IMG/VR virus record: IMGVR_UViG_2718218131_000002
Length of the DNA: 64,000 nucleotides
Strand: one strand, 5' to 3'
DNA from: a virus
Lineage: Duplodnaviria; Heunggongvirae; Uroviricota; Caudoviricetes
Shown here: positions 32,308 to 44,115 of the stretch, piece after piece
Position numbering within the stretch: position 1 is the stretch's first letter
Layout: the number at the start of each line of letters is the position of its first letter
Translations under genes and position numbers: made by a program
Notes under the pieces: generated by a model
Told to the model about the DNA's origin: nothing
Databases searched by the model: none
What the model saw: the letters and a program-made list of their open reading frames with translations, nothing else

Positions 32308-32883
32308 ATGGCCATAAAAGGTCTTGAGCAGGCCGTTGAAAACCTCAGCCGTATCAGCAAAACGGCGGTGCCTGGTGCGTCAGCAATGGCCATTAACCGC
32401 GTGGCCGCAACGGCGATTAATCAGTCTTCGTCTCAGGTCGCCCGTGAAACCCGGGTGCCGAGAAAACTGGTTAAAGAGCGATCCAGACTGAAACGAGCTA
32501 CGGTCAGAAATCCGAATGCAAAAATTATCGTTAACCGAGGTGATCTCCCTGCTATTAAGCTGGGGATCAGGATGCTTGGTCATCGCCCGAACAGCATACT
32601 CAAAGCCGGTCAGCATCGTTATCAGCGGGCATTCATCCAGCGATTAAATAATGGACGCTGGCATGTTATGCAACGTCTGCCAGAAGCACGGTATGCGAAG
32701 GGCAATGACGATAAGGGAAGGAAAAAGCGTAATCGTCTTCCCATTCAGGTGGTGAAAATTCCGATGGCGGTCCCACTGAAACAGGCTTTTGATGAGAACG
32801 TTAACCGTATCCGGCGAGAACGTCTGCCAAAAGAACTGAGCTATGCGCTGAAACAACAACTGAGGATTGTGATAAAGCGATGA
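32308..32883 (+). CDS. Z: Tail terminator / completion protein Z
   Basis: 191 aa, lambda Z-like. Confidence 0.85.
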   Translation: MAIKGLEQAVENLSRISKTAVPGASAMAINRVAATAINQSSSQVARETRVPRKLVKERSRLKRATVRNPNAKIIVNRGDLPAIKLGIRMLGHRPNSILKAGQHRYQRAFIQRLNNGRWHVMQRLPEARYAKGNDDKGRKKRNRLPIQVVKIPMAVPLKQAFDENVNRIRRERLPKELSYALKQQLRIVIKR

Positions 32884-33275
32884 AACATACTGAACTCCGT
32901 GCAGCCGTACTGGATGCACTGGAGAAGCATGACACCGGGGCGACGCTTTTTGATGGTCGCCCCGGTGTTTTTGATGAGGCGGATTTTCCGGCAGTTGCCG
33001 TTTATCTCACCGGCGCTGAATACACGGGCGAAGAGCTGGACAGCGATACCTGGCAGGCGGAGCTGCATATCGAAGTTTTCCTGCCTGCTCAGGTGCCGGA
33101 TTCAGAGCTGGATGCGTGGATGGAGTCCCGGATTTATCCGGTGATGAGCGATATCCCGGCACTGGCAGGACTGATTACCACGATGGTTACGCAGGGCTAT
33201 GAGTATCGTCGTGATGACGATATGGCGTTATGGAGTTCTGCAGATCTGACTTATTCCATTACATACGAGATGTGA
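32880..33275 (+). CDS. U: Tail tube terminator U
   Basis: [22 protein letters not shown]..., 131 aa. Confidence 0.85.
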   Translation: MKHTELRAAVLDALEKHDTGATLFDGRPGVFDEADFPAVAVYLTGAEYTGEELDSDTWQAELHIEVFLPAQVPDSELDAWMESRIYPVMSDIPALAGLITTMVTQGYEYRRDDDMALWSSADLTYSITYEM

Positions 33276-33282
33276 GGACGAT

Positions 33283-34035
33283 ATGGCAACACCAAATCCC
33301 CTTGAGCCGGTAAAAGGTGCCGGTACCACTCTGTGGGTTTACAACGGCAAGGGTGATGCTTATGCAAACCCGTTGTCAGACGATGACTGGCAGCGACTGG
33401 CTAAGGTGAAGGATCTGACGCCGGGCGAGATGACGGCAGAACCCTACGATGATAACTACCTGGATGATGAAGACGCGGACTGGACCGCGACCGGGCAGGG
33501 GCAGAAGTCTGCAGGAGATACCAGTTTTACGCTGGCCTGGAAACCGGGAGAAGAAGGTCAGAAAGGGCTTATAGGCTGGTTTGAAAGCGGGGATGTGCGG
33601 GCCTATAAAATCCGTTTCCCAAATGGCACGGTGGATGTGTTCCGTGGCTGGGTCAGCAGTATCGGTAAGGCCGTGACGGCGAAAGAAGTGATCACCCGCA
33701 CGGTGAAAGTGACCAACGTGGGCAAACCTTCTGTAGCGGAAGAACGCAGCAAAATTACGCCGGTCACTGCGATTAAGGTGACGCCGACATCCGGTACGGT
33801 GGCAAAAGGGAAAACAACCACCCTGACGGTTTCTTTTGAGCCGGAAAGTGCAACCGACAAGACGTTCAGAGCGGTTTCCGCCGATCCGTCGAAAGCCACC
33901 ATTAGTGTGAAAGATATGACAATTACGGTAAACGGCGTGGCGACAGGTAAGGTGCAGATCCCTGTGGTGAGCGGAAATGGTCAGTTCGCCGCAGTGGCTG
34001 AAGTCACCGTTACTGAAGCGGGCGCTGCAGGGTAA
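33283..34035 (+). CDS. V: Major tail protein V
   Basis: 250 aa, lambda V-like with a C-terminal Ig-like region. Confidence 0.9.
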   Translation: MATPNPLEPVKGAGTTLWVYNGKGDAYANPLSDDDWQRLAKVKDLTPGEMTAEPYDDNYLDDEDADWTATGQGQKSAGDTSFTLAWKPGEEGQKGLIGWFESGDVRAYKIRFPNGTVDVFRGWVSSIGKAVTAKEVITRTVKVTNVGKPSVAEERSKITPVTAIKVTPTSGTVAKGKTTTLTVSFEPESATDKTFRAVSADPSKATISVKDMTITVNGVATGKVQIPVVSGNGQFAAVAEVTVTEAGAAG

Positions 34036-34048
34036 ACGGAGGTAATAC

Positions 34049-34471
34049 ATGTTTCTGAAAACAGAACAATTTGAATATAACGGTGTGTCCGTCACGCTTT
34101 CCGAATTGTCTGCGCTGCAGCGGTTTGATTATATAAAGTTTGTTTCAGACGCAGAACAACAGGAGACAACGAAGCATGATGTCGTGCACATTAACCAGCG
34201 ATATCTGGAAACGGCATCCCTGCTTGTGGCGATGTCGCTATGGCATTCCCATTCCCTCAAAGGCACTCTGGCCTCTCCGGAGACAGAGATGCAGCAGATC
34301 CGCCGTGAAGTGATGCTGGGATGGCCTGCTGATGCACTGAATCAGGCAACGAACCGGGTGCTTTATCTTTCAGGTATGCTGGATAACCGGCACGATGCCG
34401 ATCCTGAACAAACCGGGAAAGCAGAAGCGACTGAGCCGGTAACATCAAAAAAGCATTCGAAGGCGAGCTGA
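34049..34471 (+). CDS. G: Tail assembly chaperone G
   Basis: MFLKTEQFEYNGVSVTLSELSALQRF..., 140 aa. Confidence 0.85.
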   Translation: MFLKTEQFEYNGVSVTLSELSALQRFDYIKFVSDAEQQETTKHDVVHINQRYLETASLLVAMSLWHSHSLKGTLASPETEMQQIRREVMLGWPADALNQATNRVLYLSGMLDNRHDADPEQTGKAEATEPVTSKKHSKAS

Positions 34472-34911
34472 ACTTTGTCCTGAAACTGGCGCGAGAGATG
34501 GGGAGACCCGACTGGCGCGCCATGCTTGCCGGGATGACATCCACCGAATATGCCGACTGGCGACATTTTTACCGCACGCATTATTTTCAGGATACCCAAC
34601 TGGATATGCATTTTTCCGGGCTGATGTACGCTGTACTCAGCCTGTTTTTTTGCGATCCGGATATGCATCCCTCTGATTTCAGTCTGCTTGTCCCCCGGCA
34701 TGAGGAAGAGCAGGTGGAGAGGCTGGATGAGGACAAAATGCTGATGCAGAAAGCGGCAGGACTTGCCGGAGGCGTCCGGTTCGGTGGGGACGGAGGGGGC
34801 GATATTTTATCGTCTGCGGATGTGGCGGATGTCATGGTGGATGATGCCGCATTAATGATGGCTTCAGCGGGGATTCCAGGAGGTGTGAGATATGTCCCAG
34901 CCAGCGGGTGA
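34049..34911 (+). CDS. Tail assembly chaperone G-T fusion (via -1 frameshift at 34447-34453)
   Basis: T-frame ORF has no own start near the junction and extends to 34911 (T-like sequence MGRPDWRAMLAGMTSTEYADW...). Confidence 0.6.
34447..34453 (+). promoter_or_regulatory. Programmed -1 frameshift slippery heptamer A_AAA_AAG for G-T synthesis
   Basis: AAAAAAG is in register with G codons AAA AAG; the T frame is open only from 34435 and G stops at 34471. Confidence 0.5.
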
Positions 34912-37504
34912 TCTGGTTATTGATTTGAGTCTGGATGCGGCCCGGTTTGATGAACAGATGGCCCGGGTACGCCGTCATTTTTCCAGTCTGGAGGCGGATG
35001 CCAGAAAAACCGCCAGTACTGTTGAACAGGGGCTGAGCCGACAGGCGCTGGCTGCACAAAAAGCCGGGATATCAGTCGGACAGTATAAGGCTGCCATGCG
35101 CACACTGCCCGCACAGTTCACGGATATTGTCACTCAGCTTGCCGGTGGTCAGAATCCCTTCCTTATCATGCTGCAGCAGGGGGGGCAGATCAGCGATTCA
35201 TTCGGTGGACCGCTCAGCCTGCTTACCCTGCTGAAGGAGGAACTTCTCGGGATCAGGGATGCCTCTGAATCATCAGAGGAGTCGCTGTCAGATACGGCAA
35301 ATGCACTGGCTGAAAATGCCCGGAATGCCGGTGAGCTGGGACGATTTATGTCGGTGGCCCGTGTGGCGGCAGGTGGCGGGGTTGCCGTACTGGCCGCGCT
35401 TGCTGCCGCCGCCTGGCAGGCAGAGCAGGCTGACCGGGCCTTATTGCGTTCACTGATCCTGACCGGAGGGGCGGCTGCCACCACAACGGCAGAATTGTGG
35501 AAAATGGCCGGGGTGATCAGCGATGAAGCCGGTGGTGGTATCAGACAGGCGGCAGAAAATCTGGCCCGTCTGGCAGAAAGCGGGAAATATACCGCCGGGC
35601 AGCTACGGATCATGGGGGAAACCTCTCAGAGATGGCTGCAGACGGTGGGGGACGATGCCGGGAAGGTGGAAAAAGCCTTTGAAGGGATTGCAGCAGATCC
35701 GGTGAAGGCGCTGGCCTCCCTGAATCAGCAGTATAACTTCCTGAGCGTTTCCCAGTTACGCCATATTGATGAGCTTGAGCGCACGAAAGGTAAACAGGCT
35801 GCGGTGACGGAGGCGATGTCCCTGTTTGCGGATGTCATGAATGCACGTCTGGAGCAACTTGATAAAGCGGCCACGCCGGTGGAAAAAATCTGGGACGATG
35901 TTAAAACCTGGACTTCTGACGCATGGGCATGGATAGGTGATCATACACTGGGGGCACTCAGTCTGATCACTGACGTGGTGGCCGGAACCGTTGAACAGGT
36001 GAAGCTGCTGCTTGTGCAGGGGGATCTGGCGCTGGCTGAATTTATTCAGTCAGCCTGGGAAACGACAAAGAATGTGCCCGGCGTTGGTGCGTTGTTTGGT
36101 GAACTGGCAGAAGAGAACCGCGTATTTATTGAGAAAACAAAACGCGATGAACTGGCGCTGAGAAAATCCATTGCGGAACGGGATGCGCGTATACGCCAGG
36201 GGGAAATGGGGTACATCAACCGCTCGCGTGCAACAGGCGTCAGCAAAGGTCCTGGGCAGCAGGAAGCCGTCAGCCGTCTGGCTGAAGAGCTGACAGGTAA
36301 AAAGCATACATCACCGAAAACGCGCTCTGCCGGGGAGAGGGAAGAGGAGCAGGCAAGAGAGGCTCTGCTTGCCCTTGAAGCTGAGCTCAGGACGCTGGAA
36401 AAACACAGCGGTGCGAATGAGAAAATCAGTCGGCAGCGCCGTGATTTATGGAAGGCGGAAAGTCAGTATGCGGTCCTGAAAGAGGCTGCCACGAAACGGC
36501 AGTTATCCTGGCAGGAAAAATCCCTGCTGGCCCATGAGAAAGAGACGCTGGAGTACAAACGCCAGCTGGCTGACCTGGGCGACAAGGTTGAACACCAGAA
36601 ACGCCTGAATGAGCTGGCACAGCAGGCGGTGCGGTTTGAAGAGCAGCAGAGCGCGAAGCAGGCCGCCATCAGCGCAAAAGCCCGCGGTCTCACTGACCGT
36701 CAGGCGCAGCGGGAGTCTGAAGCGCAGCGTCTTCGGGACGTGTACGGTGATAATCCGCAGGCGCTGGCGAAGGCCACATCGGCACTGAAGAACACCTGGT
36801 CTGCGGAGGAGCAGCTTCGTGGAAGCTGGATGGCCGGGCTGAAGTCCGGCTGGGGCGAGTGGGCGGAAAGTGCGACGGACAGTTTTTCGCAGGTTAAAAG
36901 TGCTGCCACGCAGACCTTTGACGGTATTGCACAGAATATGGCGGCGATGCTGACCGGCAGTGAGCAGAACTGGCGCAGCTTCACCCGTTCCGTGCTGTCC
37001 ATGATGACAGAAATTCTGCTTAAGCAGGCAATGGTGGGGATAGTCGGGAGTATCGGCAGCGCCATTGGCGGGGCTGTTGGTGGCGGCGCATCCGCGTCAG
37101 GCGGTACAGCCATTCAGGCTGCGGCGGCGAACTTCCATTTCGCGACCGGGGGATTTACGGGAACCGGCGGCAAATATGAGCCAGCGGGGATTGTTCACCG
37201 TGGTGAATTTGTCTTCACGAAGGAGGCAACCAGCCGGATTGGTGTCGGCAACCTGTACCGCCTGATGCGGGGCTATGCGGAAGGTGGTTATGTGGGCGGT
37301 GCCGGAAGTCCGGCGCAGATGCGGCGGGCTGAAGGCATTAATTTTAATCAGAACAATCACGTGGTGATTCAGAACGACGGTACGAATGGTCTGCCAGGTC
37401 CACAGATGATGAAGGCAGTGTATGACATGGCCCGCAAGGGTGCCCGTGATGAAATCCAGGCACAGATGCGCGATGGTGGCCTGTTCTCCGGAGGTGGACG
37501 ATGA
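34892..37504 (+). CDS. H: Tail tape measure protein H
   Basis: 870 aa, coiled-coil rich, lambda H-like. Confidence 0.9.
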   Translation: MSQPAGDLVIDLSLDAARFDEQMARVRRHFSSLEADARKTASTVEQGLSRQALAAQKAGISVGQYKAAMRTLPAQFTDIVTQLAGGQNPFLIMLQQGGQISDSFGGPLSLLTLLKEELLGIRDASESSEESLSDTANALAENARNAGELGRFMSVARVAAGGGVAVLAALAAAAWQAEQADRALLRSLILTGGAAATTTAELWKMAGVISDEAGGGIRQAAENLARLAESGKYTAGQLRIMGETSQRWLQTVGDDAGKVEKAFEGIAADPVKALASLNQQYNFLSVSQLRHIDELERTKGKQAAVTEAMSLFADVMNARLEQLDKAATPVEKIWDDVKTWTSDAWAWIGDHTLGALSLITDVVAGTVEQVKLLLVQGDLALAEFIQSAWETTKNVPGVGALFGELAEENRVFIEKTKRDELALRKSIAERDARIRQGEMGYINRSRATGVSKGPGQQEAVSRLAEELTGKKHTSPKTRSAGEREEEQAREALLALEAELRTLEKHSGANEKISRQRRDLWKAESQYAVLKEAATKRQLSWQEKSLLAHEKETLEYKRQLADLGDKVEHQKRLNELAQQAVRFEEQQSAKQAAISAKARGLTDRQAQRESEAQRLRDVYGDNPQALAKATSALKNTWSAEEQLRGSWMAGLKSGWGEWAESATDSFSQVKSAATQTFDGIAQNMAAMLTGSEQNWRSFTRSVLSMMTEILLKQAMVGIVGSIGSAIGGAVGGGASASGGTAIQAAAANFHFATGGFTGTGGKYEPAGIVHRGEFVFTKEATSRIGVGNLYRLMRGYAEGGYVGGAGSPAQMRRAEGINFNQNNHVVIQNDGTNGLPGPQMMKAVYDMARKGARDEIQAQMRDGGLFSGGGR

Positions 37505-37830
37505 AAACCTTCCGCTGGAAAGTGAAACCCGGTATGGATGTGGCTTCGGCCCCTTCTGTAAGAAAGGTGCGCTTTGGTGATGGCTATTCCCAGCGAGCGC
37601 CTGCCGGGCTGAATGCCAACCTGAAAACGTACAGCGTGACGCTGTCTGTCTCCCGTGAGGAGGCCACGGCGCTGGAGTCGTTTCTGGCTGAGCACGGGGG
37701 CTGGAAGGCCTTTCTGTGGACGCCGCCTTATGGTTACAGGCAGATAAAGGTGACCTGCGCAAAATGGTCGTCGCGGGTCAGTATGCTGCGTGTTGAGTTC
37801 AGCGCAGAGTTTGAACAGGTGGTGAACTGA
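37501..37830 (+). CDS. M: Tail tip protein M
   Basis: MKTFRWKVKPGMDVASAPSVRKVRFGDGYSQRAPAG..., 109 aa. Confidence 0.9.
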   Translation: MKTFRWKVKPGMDVASAPSVRKVRFGDGYSQRAPAGLNANLKTYSVTLSVSREEATALESFLAEHGGWKAFLWTPPYGYRQIKVTCAKWSSRVSMLRVEFSAEFEQVVN

Positions 37831-38528
37831 TGCAGGATATCCGGCAGGAAACATTGAATGAATGCACCCGTGCGGAGCAGTCGGCCAGCGTGGTGCTCTG
37901 GGAAATCGATCTGACAGAGGTCGGTGGAGAACGTTATTTTTTCTGTAATGAGCAGAACGAAAAAGGTGAGCCGGTCACCTGGCAGGGGAGGCAGTATCAG
38001 GCGTATCCCATTCAGGGGAGCGGTTTTGAACTGAATGGCAAAGGCACCAGTACGCGCCCCACGCTGACGGTTTCTAACCTGTACGGTATGGTCACCGGGA
38101 TGGCGGAAGATCTGCAGAGTCTGGTCGGCGGAACGGTGGTCCGGCGTAAGGTTTACGCCCGTTTTCTGGATGCGGTGAACTTCGTCAACGGAAACAGTGA
38201 CGCCGATCCGGAGCAGGAGGTGATCAGCCGCTGGCGCATCGAGCAGTGCAGCGAACTGAGCGCAGTCAGTGCCTCTTTTGTACTGGCCACGCCGACGGAA
38301 ACGGATGGCGCTGTTTTTCCGGGACGTACCATGCTGGCCAACACCTGCACCTGGACCTATCGCGGTGATGAGTGCGGTTATAACGGTCCGGCTGTCGCGG
38401 ATGAATATGACCAGCCGACGTCCGATATAACGAAGGATAAATGCAGCAAATGCCTGAGCGGCTGTAAGTTCCGCAATAACGTCGGCAACTTTGGCGGTTT
38501 CCTTTCCATTAACAAACTTTCGCAGTAA
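37830..38528 (+). CDS. L: Tail tip protein L
   Basis: 232 aa, lambda L-like. Confidence 0.9.
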   Translation: MQDIRQETLNECTRAEQSASVVLWEIDLTEVGGERYFFCNEQNEKGEPVTWQGRQYQAYPIQGSGFELNGKGTSTRPTLTVSNLYGMVTGMAEDLQSLVGGTVVRRKVYARFLDAVNFVNGNSDADPEQEVISRWRIEQCSELSAVSASFVLATPTETDGAVFPGRTMLANTCTWTYRGDECGYNGPAVADEYDQPTSDITKDKCSKCLSGCKFRNNVGNFGGFLSINKLSQ

Positions 38529-38532
38529 TCCC

Positions 38533-39276
38533 ATGACAGAGACAGAATCAGCGATTCTGGCGCACGCCCGGCGATGTGCGCCAGCGGAGTCGTGCGGCTT
38601 CGTGGTGAGAACGCCGGAGGGGGAAAGCTATTTTCCCTGCGTGAATATTTCCGGTGAGCCGGAGGATTATTTCCGGATGGCTCCGGAGGACTGGCTGCAG
38701 GCAGAAATGCAGGGTGAGATTGTGGCGCTGGTCCACAGCCACCCCAGTGGTCTGCCCTGGCTGAGTGAGGCTGACCGGCGGCTGCAGGTGCAGAGTGATT
38801 TGCCGTGGTGGCTGGTCTGCCGGGGGGCGATTCATAAGTTCCGCTGTGTGCCGCATCTCACCGGGCGGCGCTTTGAGCACGGGGTGACGGACTGTTACGC
38901 GCTGTTCCGGGACGCTTATCATCTGGCGGGGACTGAACTGCCGGATTTTCACCGGGAGGATGACTGGTGGCGTCACGGTCAGAATCTCTATCTTGACAAT
39001 ATGGAGGCGACGGGTTTTTACCGTGTCGCACTGACAGAGGCGCAGCCTGGCGATGTGCTGCTGTGCTGTTTTGGTTCATCGGTGCCGAATCATGCCGCCA
39101 TTTACTGTGGTGACGGCGAGCTGCTGCACCATATTCCTGAACAACTGAGCAAACGAGAGAGGTATACCGACAAATGGCAGCGACGCACACACTCCCTCTG
39201 GCGTCACCGGGCATGGCGCGCATCTGCCTTTACGGGGATTTGCAACGATTTGGCCGCCGCATCGACCTTCGTGTGA
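38533..39276 (+). CDS. K: Tail assembly protein K (JAB/MPN + NlpC/P60-like)
   Basis: MTETESAILAHARRCAPAESCGFVV...HSHP motif; lambda annotates a shorter 199-aa form starting at 38677. Confidence 0.8.
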   Translation: MTETESAILAHARRCAPAESCGFVVRTPEGESYFPCVNISGEPEDYFRMAPEDWLQAEMQGEIVALVHSHPSGLPWLSEADRRLQVQSDLPWWLVCRGAIHKFRCVPHLTGRRFEHGVTDCYALFRDAYHLAGTELPDFHREDDWWRHGQNLYLDNMEATGFYRVALTEAQPGDVLLCCFGSSVPNHAAIYCGDGELLHHIPEQLSKRERYTDKWQRRTHSLWRHRAWRASAFTGICNDLAAASTFV

Positions 39277-39845
39277 AAACGGGGGCTGAAGCCATCCGCG
39301 CACTGGCCACACAGCTCCCGGCGTTTCGTCAGAAACTGAGCGACGGCTGGTATCAGGTACGGATTGCCGGGCGGGACGTCAGCACGTCCGGGTTAACGGC
39401 GCAGTTACATGAGACTCTGCCTGACGGCGCTGTGATTCATATTGTTCCCAGAGTCGCCGGGGCCAAGCCAGGGGGCGTATTCCAGATTGTTCTGGGGGCT
39501 GCCGCCATTGCCGGATCATTCTTTACTGCCGGAGCCACCCTTGCAGCATGGGGGGCAGCCATTGGGGCCGGTGGTATGACCGGTATCCTGTTTTCTCTCG
39601 GTGCCAGTATGGTGCTCGGTGGTGTGGCGCAGATGCTGGCACCGAAAGCCAGGACGCCCACGGCAGCAAGTACAGATAACGGCAAACAGAACACCTATTT
39701 CTCCTCACTGGATAACATGGTTGCCCAGGGCAATGTTCTGCCGGTTCTGTACGGTGAAATGCGCGTGGGGTCACGCGTGGTTTCTCAGGAGATCAGCACG
39801 GCAGACGAAGGGGATGGTGGTCAGGTTGTGGTGATTGGTCGCTGA
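39174..39845 (+). CDS. I: Tail assembly protein I
   Basis: MAATHTLPLASPGMARICLYGDLQRFGRRIDL..., 223 aa; overlaps the end of K. Confidence 0.85.
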   Translation: MAATHTLPLASPGMARICLYGDLQRFGRRIDLRVKTGAEAIRALATQLPAFRQKLSDGWYQVRIAGRDVSTSGLTAQLHETLPDGAVIHIVPRVAGAKPGGVFQIVLGAAAIAGSFFTAGATLAAWGAAIGAGGMTGILFSLGASMVLGGVAQMLAPKARTPTAASTDNGKQNTYFSSLDNMVAQGNVLPVLYGEMRVGSRVVSQEISTADEGDGGQVVVIGR

Positions 39846-39905
39846 TGAAAAACGTTTTATGTGAAACCGCCTGCGGGCGGTTTTGTCGTATATGGAGCAT
39901 GACGA

Positions 39906-42900
39906 ATGGGTAAAGGCAGCAGTAAGGGGCATACCCCGCGTGAAGCGAAGGACAACCTGAAATCAACGCAGTTGCTGAGTGTGATTGATGCCATTAGTGA
40001 AGGCCCGATTGAAGGTCCGGTGGATGGCTTAAAAAGCGTGCTGCTGAACAGTACGCCGGTGCTGGACAGTGAGGGGAATACCAACATCTCCGGCGTCACG
40101 GTGGTGTTCCGGGCAGGTGAGCAGGAGCAGACTCCGCCGGAGGGGTTTGAATCCTCCGGCTCCGAGACGGTGCTGGGTACGGAAGTGAAATATGACACGC
40201 CGATCACCCGCACCATCACGTCGGCAAACATCGACCGACTGCGCTTTACCTTCGGTGTGCAGGCACTGGTGGAAACCACCTCAAAGGGGGACCGGAATCC
40301 GTCGGAAGTTCGCCTGCTGGTTCAGATACAGCGTAATGGTGGCTGGGTGACGGAAAAAGACATCACCATTAAGGGCAAAACCACCTCGCAGTATCTGGCC
40401 TCGGTGGTGGTGGATAACCTGCCGCCGCGCCCGTTTAATATCCGGATGCGCAGGATGACGCCGGACAGCACCACAGACCAGCTGCAGAACAAAACGCTCT
40501 GGTCGTCATACACCGAAATTATCGATGTGAAACAGTGCTACCCGAACACGGCACTGGTCGGCGTGCAGGTGGACTCGGAGCAGTTCGGCAGCCAGCAGGT
40601 GAGCCGTAATTATCATCTGCGCGGGCGCATTCTGCAGGTGCCGTCGAACTATAACCCGCAGACGCGACAATACAGCGGTATCTGGGACGGAACGTTTAAG
40701 CCAGCATACAGCAACAACATGGCCTGGTGTCTGTGGGATATGCTGACCCACCCGCGCTACGGCATGGGGAAACGTCTTGGTGCGGCGGACGTGGATAAAT
40801 GGGCGCTGTATGTCATCGGCCAGTACTGCGACCAGTCGGTGCCGGATGGTTTTGGCGGCACGGAGCCGCGCATCACCTGTAATGCCTGGCTGACCACACA
40901 GCGTAAGGCGTGGGATGTTCTCAGCGATTTCTGCTCGGCGATGCGCTGTATGCCGGTATGGAACGGGCAGACGCTGACGTTCGTGCAGGACCGACCGTCG
41001 GATAAGGTGTGGACCTATAACCGCAGTAATGTGGTGATGCCGGATGATGGCGCGCCGTTCCGCTACAGCTTCAGCGCCCTGAAGGACCGCCATAATGCCG
41101 TTGAGGTGAACTGGATTGACCCGGATAACGGCTGGGAGACGGCGACAGAGCTTGTGGAGGACACGCAGGCCATTGCCCGTTACGGTCGTAACGTCACGAA
41201 GATGGATGCCTTTGGCTGTACCAGCCGGGGGCAGGCGCACCGCGCCGGGCTGTGGCTGATTAAAACAGAACTGCTGGAAACGCAGACCGTGGACTTCAGC
41301 GTGGGCGCAGAAGGGCTTCGCCATGTACCGGGTGATGTTATTGAAATCTGCGATGATGACTATGCCGGTATCAGCACCGGTGGGCGCGTGCTGGCGGTGA
41401 ACAGCCGGACCCGGACGCTGACGCTCGACCGTGAAATCACGCTGCCATCCTCCGGCACCACGCTGATAAGCCTGGTTGACGGAAGTGGCAATCCGGTCAG
41501 CGTGGAGGTTCAGTCCGTCACCGACGGCGTGAAGGTGAAAGTGAGCCGTGTTCCTGACGGCGTTGCTGAATACAGCGTGTGGGGGCTGAAGCTGCCGACG
41601 CTGCGCCAGCGCCTGTTCCGCTGCGTGAGTATCCGTGAGAACGACGACGGCACGTATGCCATCACCGCCGTGCAGCATGTACCGGAAAAAGAGGCCATCG
41701 TGGATAACGGGGCGCACTTTGACGGCGACCAGAGCGGCACGGTGAATGGTGTCACGCCGCCAGCGGTGCAGCACCTGACCGCCGAAGTCACCGCAGACAG
41801 CGGGGAATATCAGGTGCTGGCGCGCTGGGACACGCCGAAGGTGGTGAAGGGCGTGAGCTTCCTGCTCCGTCTGACCGTAACAGCGGATGACGGCAGTGAG
41901 CGGCTGGTCAGCACGGCCCGGACGACGGAAACCACATACCGCTTCAGGCAACTGGCGCTGGGGCGTTACACGCTGACGGTCCGGGCGGTAAATGCGTGGG
42001 GACAGCAGGGCGATCCGGCATCGGTATCGTTCCGGATTGCCGCCCCGGCAGCGCCGTCGCGGATTGAGCTGACGCCGGGCTATTTTCAGATAACTGCCAC
42101 GCCGCATCTTGCGGTTTATGATCCGACGGTACAGTTTGAGTTCTGGTTCTCGGAAACGCGGATTGCCGATATCAGGCAGGTTGAAACCACAGCCCGCTAC
42201 CTCGGCACGGGGCTGTACTGGATAGCCGCCAGTATCAATATTAAGCCGGGCCATGATTATTATTTTTACGTTCGCAGTGTGAACACCGTTGGCAAATCGG
42301 CATTCGTGGAGGCTGTTGGTCAGCCGAGTGATGATGCATCCGGCTATCTGGATTTTTTCAAAGGCGAGATAGGGAAAACCCATCTGGCTCAGGAGCTGTG
42401 GACGCAGATTGATAACGGTCAGCTTGCGCCTGACCTGGCTGAAATCAGGACGTCCATTACGGATGTCAGCAATGAAATCACGCAGACCGTCAATAAGAAA
42501 CTGGAAGACCAGAGTGCGGCAATTCAGCAGATACAGAAGGTTCAGGTTGATACCAGTAATAACCTGAACAGCATGTGGGCTGTGAAGCTGCAGCAGATGC
42601 AGGACGGACGCCTTTATATCGCGGGTATTGGTGCCGGTATTGAGAACACCCCTGACGGCATGCAGAGTCAGGTGCTGCTGGCGGCGGACAGGATTGCGAT
42701 GGTTAATCCTGCGAATGGCAACACAAAACCGATGTTTGTTGGTCAGGGCGATCAGATATTCATGAACGACGTGTTCCTGAAACGCCTGACGGCCCCCACC
42801 ATTACCAGTGGCGGTAATCCTCCGGCATTTTCCCTGACACCAGACGGAAAGCTGACCGCTAAAAATGCAGATATCAGTGGCAGTGTGAATGCGAACGCCG

Positions 42901-43382
42901 GGACGCTCAACAACGTCACGATTAATGAGAGCTGTACTATTAAGGGGATGCTTGATGCTAACCAGGTGCGTGGTGATTTTGTAAAAACGACAGGGCATCG
43001 ATTTCCGCACCCCGGAGAATACCCACAGGGTTCACTTACCGTTCATATTAAGGACGATCATGCCTTTGACAGGCAGATTATAATTCAACCAATCATGTAC
43101 GGTGCACCACCATATTTTAGTAAAAATGATGGCGCTAATATCTACGATACCTGCAGATTAATTGTGCGCAAAAATGGCAATGTAATCTATGACAAATCCA
43201 CTAGTGGTTCGAAAAGGACAACAGTCGTGTACAGCAATATCATTGATATGCCAGTGGGGGACGGAGATGTAATATTAACATTTGAAGTTCAGTCGAGCGG
43301 CAGTGGAGAGCCCAGAACATGGATCAGTGATTTAATGGTCTCGGTCACGAAAAAAGCCGCATCCGGTATCAGTATCAGTTGA
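39906..43382 (+). CDS. J: Central tail fibre / host-specificity protein J
   Basis: 1158 aa; N-terminal about 900 aa near-identical to lambda J, C-terminal receptor-binding region divergent. Confidence 0.9.
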   Translation: MGKGSSKGHTPREAKDNLKSTQLLSVIDAISEGPIEGPVDGLKSVLLNSTPVLDSEGNTNISGVTVVFRAGEQEQTPPEGFESSGSETVLGTEVKYDTPITRTITSANIDRLRFTFGVQALVETTSKGDRNPSEVRLLVQIQRNGGWVTEKDITIKGKTTSQYLASVVVDNLPPRPFNIRMRRMTPDSTTDQLQNKTLWSSYTEIIDVKQCYPNTALVGVQVDSEQFGSQQVSRNYHLRGRILQVPSNYNPQTRQYSGIWDGTFKPAYSNNMAWCLWDMLTHPRYGMGKRLGAADVDKWALYVIGQYCDQSVPDGFGGTEPRITCNAWLTTQRKAWDVLSDFCSAMRCMPVWNGQTLTFVQDRPSDKVWTYNRSNVVMPDDGAPFRYSFSALKDRHNAVEVNWIDPDNGWETATELVEDTQAIARYGRNVTKMDAFGCTSRGQAHRAGLWLIKTELLETQTVDFSVGAEGLRHVPGDVIEICDDDYAGISTGGRVLAVNSRTRTLTLDREITLPSSGTTLISLVDGSGNPVSVEVQSVTDGVKVKVSRVPDGVAEYSVWGLKLPTLRQRLFRCVSIRENDDGTYAITAVQHVPEKEAIVDNGAHFDGDQSGTVNGVTPPAVQHLTAEVTADSGEYQVLARWDTPKVVKGVSFLLRLTVTADDGSERLVSTARTTETTYRFRQLALGRYTLTVRAVNAWGQQGDPASVSFRIAAPAAPSRIELTPGYFQITATPHLAVYDPTVQFEFWFSETRIADIRQVETTARYLGTGLYWIAASINIKPGHDYYFYVRSVNTVGKSAFVEAVGQPSDDASGYLDFFKGEIGKTHLAQELWTQIDNGQLAPDLAEIRTSITDVSNEITQTVNKKLEDQSAAIQQIQKVQVDTSNNLNSMWAVKLQQMQDGRLYIAGIGAGIENTPDGMQSQVLLAADRIAMVNPANGNTKPMFVGQGDQIFMNDVFLKRLTAPTITSGGNPPAFSLTPDGKLTAKNADISGSVNANAGTLNNVTINESCTIKGMLDANQVRGDFVKTTGHRFPHPGEYPQGSLTVHIKDDHAFDRQIIIQPIMYGAPPYFSKNDGANIYDTCRLIVRKNGNVIYDKSTSGSKRTTVVYSNIIDMPVGDGDVILTFEVQSSGSGEPRTWISDLMVSVTKKAASGISIS

Positions 43383-43451
43383 AATTTTTATAACCCCAAT
43401 ACGGGCGCCAGAAATGGCGCCTTTTTTATTGCAGAAAAGCGAGAGGTAATT

Positions 43452-44051
43452 ATGCGTAAAGTTTGTGCAGCCATTTTGTCCGCAGCCATTTGTCTGGCCG
43501 TATCCGGTGCGCCTGCATGGGCGTCTGAACATCAGTCCACGCTGAGCGCGGGGTATCTTCATGCCTCGACCAACGTTCCCGGCAGCGATGATCTGAACGG
43601 GATTAACGTGAAATACCGTTATGAGTTTACGGATACGCTGGGGATGGTGACGTCATTCAGCTATGCAGGAGACAAGAATCGCCAGCTTACCCGTTACAGC
43701 GATACCCGCTGGCATGAAGATTCAGTGCGTAACCGCTGGTTCAGCGTGATGGCGGGGCCCTCTGTGCGCGTGAATGAATGGTTCAGTGCGTATGCGATGG
43801 CGGGCGTGGCTTACAGCCGTGTGTCGACTTTTTCCGGGGATTATCTGCAGGTGACCGACAGCAAGGGGAAAACGCACGATGTGCTGACCGGCAGTGATGA
43901 CGGTCGCCACAGCAACACGTCTCTGGCGTGGGGGGCTGGCGTGCAGTTTAACCCGACCGAATCCGTGGCCATTGATATTGCTTATGAAGGCTCCGGCAGT
44001 GGTGACTGGCGCACTGACGGTTTCATCGTGGGTGTCGGTTATAAGTTCTGA
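43452..44051 (+). CDS. lom: Lom outer-membrane protein (Ail/Lom family)
   Basis: Signal peptide [24 protein letters not shown] and beta-barrel ending GVGYKF. Confidence 0.85.
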   Translation: MRKVCAAILSAAICLAVSGAPAWASEHQSTLSAGYLHASTNVPGSDDLNGINVKYRYEFTDTLGMVTSFSYAGDKNRQLTRYSDTRWHEDSVRNRWFSVMAGPSVRVNEWFSAYAMAGVAYSRVSTFSGDYLQVTDSKGKTHDVLTGSDDGRHSNTSLAWGAGVQFNPTESVAIDIAYEGSGSGDWRTDGFIVGVGYKF

Positions 44052-44115
44052 TTAGCCAGGTAACACTGTGTTATGACAGCCCGCCGTTTCAGGCGGGCTT
44101 TTTTGTGGGGTGAAT

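Noticed and set aside
33376-34095. 239-aa minus-strand ORF
   Set aside because: Antisense to major tail gene V.
34415-34421. GGGAAAG as the G-T frameshift site (as in lambda)
   Set aside because: The T frame contains a stop codon at 34432-34434 downstream of this heptamer, so a shift here would terminate after five codons; the in-register AAAAAAG at 34447-34453 is the plausible site.
37734-38534. 266-aa minus-strand ORF
   Set aside because: Antisense to tail genes M and L.
40506-43010. 834-aa minus-strand ORF
   Set aside because: Lies entirely antisense to the lambda J-like gene, which has clear homology; a long antisense ORF is expected in GC-rich coding DNA.
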